A stretch of DNA of 64,000 bases from Oopsacas minuta (lineage: Eukaryota; Animalia; Porifera): NCBI GenBank assembly GCA_024704765.1, contig JAKMXF010000321.1:1054001-1118000 (forward strand), written 5' to 3'. The position numbers were made by a program, and so were the translations under genes. Shown one piece after another: positions 13,198 through 26,038 of this stretch (the stretch's first letter is position 1; each line of letters begins with the position of its first letter). The notes below the pieces were generated by a model, which searched no databases, was not told where the DNA came from, and was given only the letters and a program-made list of their open reading frames with translations.

Positions 13198-13692
13198 ATG
13201 GGGAAACGAGTGAGGTTAAGAGAAAAGGTTAGAAAATCAGTACATTCTTCTGATAAAGATAATAAGATGGATGTAGCCAATAACACCACCAGCTTAATAC
13301 ATAAGTTTCCTATTAATACTGATTTTGTTAAGAGAAACAAATCCAAACTATTAACAAAGAGAGACAAGAAGCACATTAAGAAAAGAGTATGGGATGACCG
13401 TTTGAAAAGAGCAGCAAAGAGAACTACGCACAAGAAACAAATTAAAAAGAAAGTAAAGTCAACTCCTCTTTTCCATAACCTTGATACTCTTTTTCAAGCT
13501 ATTCAAGAAATTGAGACTGAAAATACAAACTCTGCTCCAAAATCACGTTCTATTAAAGTGCTAACATCAAAACGCAGGAAGAAAATGCTAGCTCTGGAAA
13601 GTGAGAGATTTCGCAAAGTTCAGCAACATCCTAGTTTCAAAGCTGATCCAATCGGCACTATAACCGAGCATTTGAGGAATGAAATGAAATAG
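13198..13692 (+). CDS. SLX9: Ribosome biogenesis protein SLX9 / FAM207A homologue
   Basis: Lys/Arg-rich 164 aa starting MGKRVR. C-terminal LALESERFRKVQQHPSFKADPIGTITEHL matches the SLX9 motif (E..RF......P.F...P...I..HL). Confidence 0.75.
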   Translation: MGKRVRLREKVRKSVHSSDKDNKMDVANNTTSLIHKFPINTDFVKRNKSKLLTKRDKKHIKKRVWDDRLKRAAKRTTHKKQIKKKVKSTPLFHNLDTLFQAIQEIETENTNSAPKSRSIKVLTSKRRKKMLALESERFRKVQQHPSFKADPIGTITEHLRNEMK

Positions 13693-13759
13693 AAATTATT
13701 TAAGAAACATACAGTATGTTATATCATGTATCATTATGTATACTGTACTTAATTAATTA

Positions 13760-14100
13760 CAGTCAAACTAGTCTACAACGGGCACCGAAGGGACTGGCCA
13801 AAAGTTGCCGTTATACACAGGTGGCCGGTATAGAGAGGTTTATTGTTATACACTAGTGTGGCAGTAAGTTTATGTTAATGGTGCTGTTATAGAGAAGTTG
13901 GCCTCTAAGATACGTGAAGTAAGTAATGATGGCCACCCAAGGAACTTGTCAAAGGTAGACCTTATAGGAGGCGACCACTATATAAAGTGGCCGTTAGATA
14001 AAGGAACTGGCGGTTATATAGAGGCAATGGCAGTTATGGCTAGGTTTAGCGCCAGTAAGGGACCCAAAATGGTGGCGGCTATAGAGAGGTCATTATAATG
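13760..14100. mobile_element. Truncated pogo-like MITE
   Basis: TA + CAGTCAAACTAGTCTACAACG end, with repeated internal TATAGAGAGG / GGTGGCCG motifs. No right TIR found. Confidence 0.45.
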
Positions 14101-14184
14101 GGAAATTTATTTATAGTCGTACGAAAACATACAGATTACAGATTAATGTGTACGAGCATTTGGCTCGTTGCTTAGCCAAGACCT

Positions 14185-14600
14185 CATCGCTCCTCGAGGT
14201 ATCCCATGAGCGTAGGAAGACTAAGAAAAGTCACTGCCACAGGCTCCTCGATTCCTACGCCAATGTATACTTTTGGTTGTAAAATGTCGGAATTTTTCAT
14301 ATTTTAAACTTGATAAAGCGAAATATGGATCAATGTAGTTAGTTCTTGTTAGCTATATGTATCCGTTGAGATAAAATCTCTACGGATTTATTTTGAGATT
14401 TGGCTAATTTGTTTACTTTTATATTCCTAAAAACAACGAATACATTTAAATGATCAACTCTAAGTGTGAAATCGGATTCAGCATATTCGATATTTTAGTA
14501 AAGTTTTATTGAATTATATTACTTCCTGGCTGGACACGATAAATTCATAGTTTTGCGAAATTCACTTTCAACAGACAAACAACAATTGATACTCCCGAGT
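14185..14600 (-). mobile_element. Helitron/Helentron-like non-autonomous element (3' hairpin end at 14185)
   Basis: TACGAGCATTTGGCTCGTTGCTTAGC..CCTCGAGGTAT is shared with 26800-26860. The CAACAGACAAACAACAATTGA motif is shared with 26860-26890 and 40345-40400. Confidence 0.45.
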
Positions 14601-14649
14601 ACACTTCCAGTCTGTTGGCTGGACATTTTATGCCAAAAATCTGAGGTTT

Positions 14650-15537
14650 TTTGTCTAAATATTCACTACGTACATGGCGTAGCATTGCACTAAATATTAG
14701 TAAGCCCATGCAGACGAAAATGGTTTGTATTTGGGTAAGGCTAATGAGACAATGGTGGCAAGAACATGTCCTTGCCAACCGCGTGGCCGCACCGCTTTCT
14801 ACGGTAATGATACATGCACCAGTGAAAACACGCTGGACATGACTATGTCATATGGCATTTGATCCTGTTTGAAAGGAATTCATGTATTCACACTGTATTA
14901 TATTGTAACTTCTTAATTATATTTCTATTTAATATATTGAATAATGGCTAGTACCTCTACGTCACCAGAACATCTATGTAACAGATCAGATGAACCACGT
15001 ATTACAGGTATCCAATAAAGATTACTCTTCCTTGATCTGGACATCCATTTCATGATACTCCTCATATGAGAGTTTACAAGCCGTTGGTCGTAATCGTTTT
15101 GACTAAGGGTCAGTTGTATTGCAGGAAAACTCGAACTCATAGGAACAAATCTCGGTCGGGTTGAACACACTGATACCTCCATATTTTGCACGCAGAGAAA
15201 AAAGCAGTGGTTTGTTGGTGATAAAGTGAGAACGTGATTAAGCTGTTTGATGATATCAGCCCCTGCAAGGTTACCCCACTTGGCAGATGAAATGTCATTA
15301 GATAAAATAAATGAGTGAGGTGTAGAACAGTCTGTCTTTGCGTAACCACTTAGAATTTGGATTTATAGAAAGATCAGTAAACTCTGCAACTGAAGTAACA
15401 CATAAAGGATGAAACCATTTGTTACATCCGAGATCGTCGTACCCCAGAGATTCTGGCTTAGAGTGCAAATACATATTACCACCAACCCGAATCCTTATAA
15501 TTGTTAGCATGGCTTGCTGTGGAAGTGGAACTATCAA
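14650..15537 (-). pseudogene. Decayed Cys-rich (PHD/RING-like) coding remnants
   Basis: Fragments GCNKWFHPLCV..SKW (PHD-like) and CPACF..RCGHAVGK interrupted by stops and frameshifts. Confidence 0.3.
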
Positions 15538-15707
15538 AATGATGCTATAGATTCATTTCAGAGGCTTATCAGGGTATTCGAGCATTTAGTTTCTATTTTT
15601 GACATTTTAAAATTTAAAATATCAAATTATTCAATATTGTAGGAGACAATCTGATCTATATTGTATATTCCTTATGTTTGTGTATTATGTATTCAATTTC
15701 TAACAGA

Positions 15708-17157
15708 ATGGCTAGCTCTCTTGTGAGCCTTATGAGTCTAGGGTTATCCCCCGAGCACGTGTATAAACACGCGGTACAGTACTGCACTAAATACACTCCT
15801 GACTTATCCTATCAGGACAAATGTACTGTTGTTGCATTACACAAACAAGCTACTTCACAGAAACCTGTTTCACATCCAGACGAGAGTAACTCATTGTTAT
15901 TTTCTGTTGATGAAGAAGACTGGTTAAGAGAATGGAATAAGATTAAAGAAATGAATTGTGTTGAGGCTATGAGAGAGTTCTCTGCTATACTCAGTTCTAA
16001 ATCCGACAAATTCTCTCTCTGGATGTCAGATCTCTATGCTGGGAGTAAAGCAACTAGAGAACAGCTGCTCTATAAAGATTCGGTCAACAAACCTATCAGC
16101 ATTAACTTTAATACTTACAAACGGCCTTCTCACATACAAATACTACAGTCTCCAGCTGCTGCATACAAATCCAACAAGACAATAGAGGATGTTGTTAAGA
16201 CTGCAAGAGATACACCTATTTCTAACCTGCTACCAGATATATCACATATTGCGAAAGAGAATAGTAGAGAGATAGAAGTACCAGGAGTACAGCCTGGTTA
16301 TCTCTGGTGTAAGAGATCAGAAGCTGCAGAGTTTATTCGTAGTATCAGAGAATTACCTGATTCTAGAGTCCTGATATCACCTGGAGAGAGTATTACTATA
16401 AAGGCACCTGTGTATCCTGACGTTAATACTCTATTCTGGGAGTTTGCTACAGAGAGGTGAGCATATATACATTAGAATTTAGAATTGACAAGTCCTGGTG
16501 TTAGATCGATTTGCAATGCGAATTCTCTCCCACGAATGCCATTTGATGGCAATGGTTTTCACGTTTATCGATACTTATTCAAACTCAGCGCTTTAGAAAT
16601 GTAATATTTATACGGGTCCATATTTCACTTGATTGGTCTCTTAACTAATGCTAGCGATTTACAAATCCCCAAATGCGGTCGTTCAATAACGCACTCTCAC
16701 TGATTGATATTCCAAAATGTATAAGCAAGCTAGATTATCTGAATTTTCATTATTCGAATGTTTTGACTTGTCCAAACATTTTAGGATAATTGAAGTTACA
16801 CTGTATGGGTAATATACAAGATACAGTATTCTATAATTCTCGATCATCTGATTTATTTCTTCATTCTTTAGATATGATATCGGGTTTGGTGCAGAACTAG
16901 AAGTGTGTACAGATACAGATACCTCCTCACCCTCTGATCAAACAGAATTTACAGAAATTATACCTAAAGAACGTAGACTCTGTTGTGAAGATGTGATAGT
17001 AGGTTGCCACAGAGCAATCTCTCCGTCAGAACTCAAGGGTCAGAGGACTTATTATTTGCGGTTTGATAATAAGTATTCTCTGCTTACGAGTAAAGTTCTA
17101 TATTACAAAGTGTATTGTAATAATTCTGTATTGGATTCTAATATGAATAGATTGTGA
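15708..17157 (+). CDS. ACBD3: ACBD3 / Golgi resident protein GCP60-like (ACB + GOLD); exons 15708-16456, 16872-17157
   Basis: N-terminal ACB-like segment (LSYQDKCTVVALHKQAT, W..IKEM...AM.EF). GOLD domain split by a phase-2 intron: LFWEFATE-R-YDIGFG ... YYLRFDNKYSLLTSKVLYYKVY. Confidence 0.85.
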
Positions 17158-18959
17158 TTTCTGAATTATTTAATTTGTTATATTTTGGTGTAACTCAAAA
17201 CGATGGAAACCATTACCGTATGTAGAGCTGGGTTTGGTTAACCGGTTAACTGCCGCTCTGAAATTCTCTTAAATTTCGAGGTACATATCCTGAGTCTACT
17301 AGTCAACAACTACAGAGCAATTATATTTTTATCTTAGGGAATTAGAGTATTCAAAATGTAACAGGCTATTTGGATATTGACATAGGCCTGATATTGCTTA
17401 TTTTTGAGCATTTTACAACAACTTGACCGTTTTGGAATTTTCTCTTTGAATATACCTAGAATGGTGCGAAAATATGATCAATCACCGTAATTTGTGAGAA
17501 TTTATTGGCTGTGGGCATTCAACTATATTTCGCTTTACCACGATATCACCATCTTCTATAATAATAAGAGGATAGCCCTTCCGATGATTGATACGGGACT
17601 ACTATAAGATCACTTAGAAGTTTCTCTACATTTCGATATTGCTATTTATTGTTAATTACGTTCTTGATTACTAAATATAATCTATTTACAGTTACCTTCA
17701 TTTATGTAAGATTGATCAGTTACATAGAGAAAATTGTAAATTTCTGAGCTAGTTGTGCTAATTGTAAATCATACAACATGTACGTAGATTACGTAGGCTA
17801 ACAAAGCACCTGAATATGATCAAATTAGAGAGCGAAATCTTTAATTATTCGATGCCCTAGAAACGTATCAAAAAATTGGCCTCGCGTCTCTGAATTTACA
17901 GTCATAGCATATGTGTATCATGATATAACGATTGGTTTAATCGAGTATGTATGTTCAAATTTAACATTTTCAAATCTATATCTACATCATGTATCATATG
18001 ATTAATCATAACACAAACAAATAATACTGAGCTACACTCCCAGCCTGTCATACTATAGTATATTGGCGCAGTTTTGAAATGGTTGCCTATTTTTATTATA
18101 AATACTAACTTTATATTCTACTACCATCAGTCCATCACATGTATTGAGTTTGTATTTTCAACATAGCATTATACATATGACATATTATGTAAACTTACTA
18201 CCTTAATATTTTGCTGTTTTGACAAGTGTTAAGGCTAAAAAGTTGTTTTCAAGAAACAAGATTTCCATTTTTTGCCCACAGCCAAGTATTAAAACTCTTG
18301 ATTTTCAACTAAATTTATGAATAATTTCACTCATAACTATTATCAACTATTGATTCTGATTGTGTTTAGTGGCACTGTTTGTATGTTGTCCTGAAATCTA
18401 GAACATGACTCCACTGTTCTCATTAAGCTATAGTCTCGCCGTTCACGAATTTGTCGTTTACGGAAATTTACAGGAACTTAACCCCCGCCATAGGCGAGGG
18501 ATATCTGTATATGCACATACTGTTTAGATTAATTACGTTTAAAATACGATTGGCGAACACTTCGTATACGGACATTTCGTATACGGGTACTTCGTCTACG
18601 TAAATTTCGTATGATGGACTTTTTGCCTAATGGACATTTCATATAATGGACATATCGTATAGTGGACAATTAGTCTAAATATTGTATAATACATGCTATC
18701 CCCCAACACTTGTGTATTGGTCATAAACACGTCTACGTTATTCTTATAGCGCATACGTTTGTTTGGGTTGACGACTATAATTCCATTCTTGATTCTTAAT
18801 GTTATTTGACACTTGTGAATACTACTTGTAAAGTGAATTAACTATAAATATCTTCCTCCTGGGCAAGGAATAATCAAATTTTCAAATGTCAACTTCAAAT
18901 TGATTGTGAGACTACAACTACACTTAATATTGAACTTATCAAGTCAACCAAAGGAATGA

Positions 18960-19425
18960 ATATAGCTCATATATAAGGACTTTTGCAGACTTTCAATGGT
19001 GCAAGTTTAGCAGGTAACCAATATTGGCTGTGCGAGCAGCGTGGAACATGTAAGGCGCGATTGACTACATCTCCAGATGGAGCAATATTAATTCCATCGT
19101 TATTTACTGAAATACTTAGTAGTCACGCTCATGGACCTAATCCAGCTCGCTCCGAAATGTTGCGGGGTTATCAATTGATGAAAGGCCATGCATTAGCTGG
19201 GGAGAAAACTCGTACTATTTTGACACAAGGCCTTGTTGGATTAAACGAGTCAAGTATAGTTGCATTGCCTACTCTAAGTTCAGTAAAACGTACAATACAC
19301 CGCCATAAGAGTTTAGTAGAAGAGAATGTCATCAACCATGATTCTGCTATTGAATTACGAATACCTGATAGATACAGATTTATATTAAAGGAAGAAAGTT
19401 TTCTAATATATGACTCCGGGATGGG
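18960..19425 (+). pseudogene. 5' fragment of a FLYWCH-MULE transposase
   Basis: QYWLCEQRGTCKARLTT...HAH (FLYWCH Zn finger), LPTLSSVKRTIHR, IPDRY..FLIYDSG. Truncated before the DDE core. Confidence 0.8.
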
Positions 19426-20201
19426 AGATTACTATGATTTAATAAATATTCCATTTAACAAATGGCAACCAATTCCCCCATGAACTCACTATAACATTTT
19501 AGCTTAGTCTATATCTCTTGCAGAACATTTTCCAATTTATTTCTGCTAATTGAGAAGAACATCGGTTGAATTTTCCCACAAATCCTGTGTGTTCTTATTC
19601 TGAGAATCTTTGGTTGTCTGTTTAGAATTTTCACACCTCAATATCGAATTGATTTCTTTCGGAATTCGTAGCATTCCATGGTTGCTAGGATATAAAGCAG
19701 TGTCTTTAGAATGTCTCGTTTGTTGCTTTTTAGGCGGGGTTATTTCACGAATTAGTATTCGTTGAGTTTCGTCACTGAGTAGTCGAATTCTCTCATTTCC
19801 ATGTTTCAATCCATTATGTGAGGGACATTCCTAACCTTCGGTTGGTTGTCAAGAAACTGTTTCGCAGCAGTAAGCTCTTTGTATGATATCTGGGTTCGGG
19901 CGGGGAAATCTTGAGACATACGCGGGAGAAACAGACAGCGGTCTCAGATAGATTTCGTAATCAGAAATCGTATTAATATGAAATAAGAATCTATTTATGT
20001 AAATTTATTCGTATATAATTAGTTAAGCTTTACAAAATACAGAATAAAAGACAGATTGGGAAGTGGATTAGTCTGTTATGAGGATATGTCCGCTTCTCAG
20101 AGAATGAATTACGTAAATGTTTAACAAATTAATTTGGTTTCATCAAGGTTCTCAATGCCTTACACTTAAACTGCAAATAAATGTAAATAACAAGTTTAAT
20201 A

Positions 20202-21530
20202 CGAGGGTCGTCCAAAAAGTTTTTAGAATGAATGCTGTAACTTCATTTCTTGCACACCAATACATCTTATATCTATAGTACACTATTTATAACTACTCTA
20301 GTTAAAATATCTAAGCTTTTTATCTTTTATTACTTTTTTGACAGCTACTTATATAGTCAGCACTTGGCTCTTATTTTAAATTCGTACCTATTATTCCTCA
20401 TGGATTTACATTTGGAAAGGAGGGACTTTCGCGCAATGATTTTTTATGACTTTATGAGAAAACTCAGTCCTAAAGAATCACATATTCAACTTCAGGACAC
20501 ATTTGGAGAAAAATCACCATCTTTGGCTACAGTGTACAACTGGTACGGTGAATTTAACCGTGGACGAAAGACTCTAAGTGATGAGATGCGATCAGGACGT
20601 CCTGCAGATGCGGTTAACCCAGAAAATATCCAGAAAGTTAAGAAAATAATCAAAAATGAGCGTCGAATCATAATTGACGAAATAATGAGTTATTTAGACA
20701 TCAGCAGAGGAAGCCTTCATGCCATACTTCATGAACATCTCTTGGTGAGGAAAGTGGCTGCACGTTGGATTCCACATAAACTTTCTGAAGAACAAATGAC
20801 AACTCGAGTGGATTGGTGCAAATTTATGATCAGAAAATTCGATCATGGTCGTTCAAAGCTATTGAATACATTAATTACGGGAGATGAGACTTGGATTTAC
20901 CAATATGACCCAGAGACGAAGCAACAATCTTCAGTTTGGCTTTTTCCAGATGATGATCCCCCTCAAAAATTGAGACGTGCACGAAGTGGCAACAAGCAAA
21001 TGGTCGCCAGTTTCATCTCTAAAAAGGGATATGTTGCTACTATTCCCCTTATAGAGCAAAAGACTGTAACTGCGAGTTGGTATGTCAACATTTGCATGCC
21101 TCAGGTGATAGAAAAGTGGAGCATTTTACATCCTAAAGCCTACCTCGCCTCACTTCAATGGCACCATGACAATGCAAGTGCACACAAGGCAGCTTTAACA
21201 ATGGATTTCTTTGCAGAAAATGGTATAAAATTGATACCCCATCCAGCATATTCCCCAGATTTGGCGCCATGCGACTTCTTTCTTTTCCCTAAACTAAAAA
21301 AGAAGATCAAAGGGGTTCATTTCGATAGTGCAGAAGAGGCAAGACTGGCTTATAATGGGGCCCTCCAAGACCTAACCAAAGAAGACTGGGAAAATTGTTT
21401 TGAAAGTTGGTTTAGAAGGATGGATTTATGCATACAGTCATCTGGTATTTACTTCGAGAAACTATAAAAAAATAATCCATTTCCTACTATTCTTTCATAT
21501 AGATTCTAAAGACTTTTTGGACTATCCTCG
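20202..21530 (+). mobile_element. Full-length mariner element
   Basis: TA TSDs; ~28-bp TIRs CGAGGGTCGTCCAAAAAGTTTTTAGAAT vs CGAGGATAGTCCAAAAAGTCTTTAGAAT. Confidence 0.95.
20400..21467 (+). CDS. Mariner DD34D transposase, 355 aa, open
   Basis: WIPHKL, ITGDETW, HHDNASAH and YSPDLAPCDF, with exactly 34 residues between the 2nd and 3rd Asp; N-terminal HTH with RSGRP. Confidence 0.95.
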   Translation: MDLHLERRDFRAMIFYDFMRKLSPKESHIQLQDTFGEKSPSLATVYNWYGEFNRGRKTLSDEMRSGRPADAVNPENIQKVKKIIKNERRIIIDEIMSYLDISRGSLHAILHEHLLVRKVAARWIPHKLSEEQMTTRVDWCKFMIRKFDHGRSKLLNTLITGDETWIYQYDPETKQQSSVWLFPDDDPPQKLRRARSGNKQMVASFISKKGYVATIPLIEQKTVTASWYVNICMPQVIEKWSILHPKAYLASLQWHHDNASAHKAALTMDFFAENGIKLIPHPAYSPDLAPCDFFLFPKLKKKIKGVHFDSAEEARLAYNGALQDLTKEDWENCFESWFRRMDLCIQSSGIYFEKL

Positions 21531-21583
21531 TATGTGAATAATATCAAAAGGGAAATATTCTAATAAATAACACAAACAACAAA

Positions 21584-22813
21584 CTAAAAAGCTTGTAAAC
21601 AGAAATTAGTATTACGAGATATAACAAAAATAGTTCCTAATGCTGAAATACTAATACCATATGGATTTGTAAATTCTCCTCTCCCATGTCCTCTCCTCCC
21701 TATGGTCTCCATTAGCTTTCCTGAAGGAGATAGTATCTTGATATTGTTACGCATAAGATCAGTAATAAGAATATTCCCTGCTACATCCAAACAAAAGAAG
21801 AAGGGACAATGCACCACACCATCCTTCCCAATAGTAATGCATGAGTTTATAAGGTCTCCACTTCTCGAGTAGAAGTGGACACAATTAGGACTTTGATCTA
21901 GCACTACAATGCTAGTGGGAGTAACTTTAACATCCCCAGGGTATTTTAGCTGGTGAGTACCCAAACAATTAACAAATTCAAGAGCTTTGGAGAATATAGA
22001 AACTCTGTTATTGTAACAATCAGCAACATACACATCTCCATTCCAGTCAACACAGAGTCCTTGTGGTTCATTTAGCTCTCCATCTCCTGCTCCTATGTTA
22101 CCAGTCCTCTTCAATAGTTTGTAATCTTTCTTGTTGAACTGTAACAAAGTGTGGAGTTCTCTGTCCGTAATGAAGACGTTATCTTCTGTCACAGCTATTC
22201 CCCATGGGCCCTTGAGTATGTCTTGTCCAAATCTTATCAAGAATTTTCCTTCAAAAGACACAACTTGAATACGACTATTACGACAATCGGCTAAGTAAAT
22301 TAACTGATTTGGTTCATCTAGAGATAGACCTCCAGCATATAATTCATTGTTATCTATCCCTTCCTTCCCAATCGCTAGGATTGGTTCTTTCTTCAGAGAG
22401 TAGCCTAGCTCCCATTTTTTCACCTCTCCGAACTCAGCGATCTGAGTTTGTAGTTGGGACAGCGTCGTACAGGAGAAGAAGGGCTGCTGGAGTTTTGTGG
22501 GAGTCTCCAGCTGTTTGGTGCGCTGTTGATAGAGGTCAGTGGCCTGTTGATGGAGATCTTTGTTCTCATTAACTTTCAGACTTAGCTCCCCCATGTGTCG
22601 TTGAGTATTGGCCAGTTCCTCCATGGCTGACTTACGGTTGCTCGCTTTTGATGAATATTCCTCTTTCATATCTCTGAGTTTCCCCAGGAGAGCCTTCCTC
22701 CTCACGATCAGCTGCTTAATTAGGAGATCGAACGTATTCATGATTTGAGTAGCGACATAACCGAATTGTGCCAATTCATTATCTGGTGCCATTATGGGCT
22801 GATTTGTTGCCAT
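21584..22813 (-). CDS. Coiled-coil + NHL-repeat beta-propeller protein (TRIM-NHL-like, no RING/B-box)
   Basis: Repeats LADCRNSRIQVVS, GPWGIAV, EPQGLCVD.NGDVYVADCYNNRVSIF, GEFTNPYGISI; helical N-terminus; intronless, 409 aa. Confidence 0.88.
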   Translation of the reverse strand: MATNQPIMAPDNELAQFGYVATQIMNTFDLLIKQLIVRRKALLGKLRDMKEEYSSKASNRKSAMEELANTQRHMGELSLKVNENKDLHQQATDLYQQRTKQLETPTKLQQPFFSCTTLSQLQTQIAEFGEVKKWELGYSLKKEPILAIGKEGIDNNELYAGGLSLDEPNQLIYLADCRNSRIQVVSFEGKFLIRFGQDILKGPWGIAVTEDNVFITDRELHTLLQFNKKDYKLLKRTGNIGAGDGELNEPQGLCVDWNGDVYVADCYNNRVSIFSKALEFVNCLGTHQLKYPGDVKVTPTSIVVLDQSPNCVHFYSRSGDLINSCITIGKDGVVHCPFFFCLDVAGNILITDLMRNNIKILSPSGKLMETIGRRGHGRGEFTNPYGISISALGTIFVISRNTNFCLQAF

Positions 22814-23613
22814 TTTGTTGTTTAGATTTACGTACCAATAAGGTCTGGGACTCTCGCAAGATTTCTTTGAAATTTACGTCTATGATGGTGGGACAAGACG
22901 TATGCCTCGGGTAACAAAATTCTTAAGTACTAACCGAAGTATGTTTTCTACTGAATAATCTTACAATACAATTAATACAAGATTTCAAAATACGATGAAT
23001 CATGTGATAATAAGTATTCATTCAATACAAATAAACTATATTCAACACAGTAATAATTACGTATGTGTAAATATTAACCTCTGGTGTTTTGTTAATTTTT
23101 AATCAATAAAGTAAACAAATCACTCACTACAATTCATACGAAATATAAATACACACTCTGTCTTCTAACAATATATAACTAATATATCACACACTACTAA
23201 TAATCTATGTCACATTAAGCCACTCAAATAGAGTCAGTTGGTGTAGTTACATATCTGCTACCTCGAATTCTCCTGAACATTCTAGAACAGTCAAACTCAA
23301 ACTGTGGTCCGCGAGGAGGTTGCTTCTATTCAAATTCTGGACCATGGATGGCAATTCCCCTGGACTTTCAAAATTTCAAAAAATAGTTATAATCCCTATC
23401 AATGTTACTCTAAAGTGCTCTAATGTAACATTTGTTATATTTGATGATTTACAACCGCCCAACCCAAGTATACTTACCATATTATAATACTTTAATAGTC
23501 CTTGACAAGATTGATAACCATTAGACTTCTTAATGTAAGAAAAGACTGCAGATCCTGCAATATAAACGAGACATTCTATTTGGGAGACTTCTATTTCAGG
23601 AAGTGAGATTTCT

Positions 23614-25847
23614 TCAATTGGGGAGATAATGTTCTATATCAAGTTGTTCCTGATTTATACAATCACAGTCGTCAGCAAATCTGTTGAGATATTCTTTCAG
23701 AGAAATGGTGCCTTCAGTAGAGCTAGACGCAGAAGAATATTTAAGATCGAACACCTTTAGAAGATTCGAAAGTTGGAGTCTGCGTTCGCTCTCTAACATC
23801 TGATTAAAGGAAATCTGATAATCGGATCCTGACATCTGGCTATATAGACCAAAGTGGTGTTCAAGAGGATCATTCTGGATTCTGGCAGTTAGAAGGTATT
23901 GGTAACCGCAGTTGTCTGTAAGTTGTGTGACTAGAAGTGATAACGCCTCGCAAGTGTGTCTAAAGCTGGTAAAGGTTTGTGCAGTTAACTTTCCAGATGT
24001 AAACGGCAGATTAACCAAGCAGTTCAACCAAGAGACAACGTTGTTCACAAATGTTAAACGAAAGTCTGAGGGGTATATTGGAGCTGAATATTCTCATTAA
24101 ATCGTATATTTTTTCCGACCCAGTATCTTCAAATGGTGAATAGCAAATTTCGGGATAATTTGACTTAGAGGTAAATTGAATGGTCGAAATGCTGGCTCGA
24201 GAAATTGAGACGTAAAAAGATTTATTTGTGTCACTTATATTTCGTTTTGGATGTGCACTTAACTGGCAATCACCGAATTTCGGGCCAATGAATGTATTAT
24301 CCAAATTTATAAGATTAACCAATTCTTCCTGATAGATTTAATAATGTGAACAAAATCAAAAACAGAATCAAATTTCTTTTTGGATTGTATGGGTTTGTAC
24401 TTTTGGGCGCAGTGTCGAATCAGCGGAAACATATTTGAATAATCGAACATTGAGTGGATAGTTGTCTGTACACACAGCTTTGACAAACAGACAACAATCT
24501 TCAATATCACAGATAGTCGATTTAACAATAGGATATAAAGTTTCTGCAGAAGAAGAGCCTAAAGGTATCAACAGGACAATAGAGGAGAACCTGGTTGATA
24601 ACTAGAAACCATCATAGAAAATACAGTAGTGTGTGGATCATCAGGATTGTCGATCGATCCGATTACCCTTCCCCCTTATAAGACGCATCACTACGAATGT
24701 GTACTTCATCCATTTGAAGTATGACATGGCGCTCTAAATCATTAAATGCCAAAGCAACCTCACATAGAATTTTAGTATACTCGCTCTCCAGTCCAATACT
24801 ATTCTTGATTTTCAACAAAAAAAAGTGGAAGATTAATACAGTTAGAACACTGAATAAGACGATAATAAGCTGGTGACAATCCCTGGATTTTTAAACAAAA
24901 CACCTGACTTAGAATGCTATACCTGCGAGCATGTTTCTCAACGATTAAATATTTCAACTGATCGAGCAAAAAATTTGGACGCATTATCATAGAATCGTTT
25001 TCGGGTTCTAAATCGGACATTGAATGAGTCGGATTTAATGTATCAATAACATTTGTGATATTATTAATGGCACAATTCACATGTTGTACCAAAGGGGTGG
25101 CTGAAGAAAATACGCTCTCATTTTGTATTTCAAATAAATCGACTTCATGAATGATGTTTTCTAATGACCTAATATCGTTAATTGAGTGACACAATAGTGG
25201 AATTTTGTTTTTTTCCTGATATTAAAGCCTTACAATACAAATTTACTTCAATACTTATTGAACGTTCGACTGTAGAAATCTCATTATAATATCGTAGCTT
25301 AAGAAAAAGCATGATGGCAGAATTGGGATGAAAATAACTTAGCCGTAAGAAGTTCAACTAGATGCAACTTTGAATTAATACAATTAAGAGTAGAAATAGT
25401 AAACTTAGCTTCAGTTTGAAATCTGCAAGACTTCTTTGGTATGCTTCCTGTATCCTCCTTTCCTCCTTGTCATCCAGAAATAGTCTTTGACAGCTAACAG
25501 TAGGGTCAGTCAGATAGCTAGGACAGTTGGGGAAGATGTTAGGAACTGCGCATTTCTTAAGAGCAACTTTCTTCCTCTCAGTCTTTATCATCTTCATTCC
25601 ATCAAAGAATTGTATGGTCCTTTCAATGTCTTCTTCTGGAAATGATGTATACAGACCTTGAAGAAATAAAATGTGATAACTATTGAGTATGGTGTTAATT
25701 AAAAGTATTATCACAAGTTCACAACCTACCCTCAATCGTTTGTTCATCTCATAGTCCTCTCTCGGTTGAGGTATAGCTCGGAACCACTTCTCACGAATCT
25801 CATTGTCAGTAGGGAAGGATAAGACAGGTATATATTCATCTTTATCG
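23614..25847 (-). pseudogene. THAP9/P-element transposase pseudogene (3' part)
   Basis: Frameshifted pieces: SFPTD...KW..AIP, VCIHHF, AVPNIFP (THAP); AVCTDNY; FDFVHIIKSIRKNW; YQYLLTARIQNDPLEHHFG (catalytic E). Confidence 0.88.
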
Positions 25848-25851
25848 CATA

Positions 25852-25918
25852 TATTAAAAAGTACTGTGCGCATGTCCATTAGGTACTGTGCGCATGTCCG
25901 TTAAGTGCTGTGCGCATA
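25852..25918. repeat. Left subterminal 22-bp array (GTACTGTGCGCATGTCCATTAG, ~3 copies)
   Basis: Read directly; it is the inverted counterpart of 31788-31919. Confidence 0.9.
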
Positions 25919-26038
25919 CATGTAAAAATATTTATTCAATTTGTTGTATGCATATATAATGTTACTACGGTTGTATGCATATATATTGTGAATGCAGGTC
26001 AGAAAAAGTAATATCACGAATTGTACGTATTCCGATAT

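Noticed and set aside
19483-20000. Minus-strand ORF 19546-19809 and its surroundings
   Set aside because: Looks like decayed coding sequence, but no motif could be assigned; it needs a tblastx search.
20250-20399. 50-aa hydrophobic N-terminal extension on the mariner ORF
   Set aside because: Begins at TTG within the 5' non-coding part of the element; the ATG at 20400 gives the normal mariner size.
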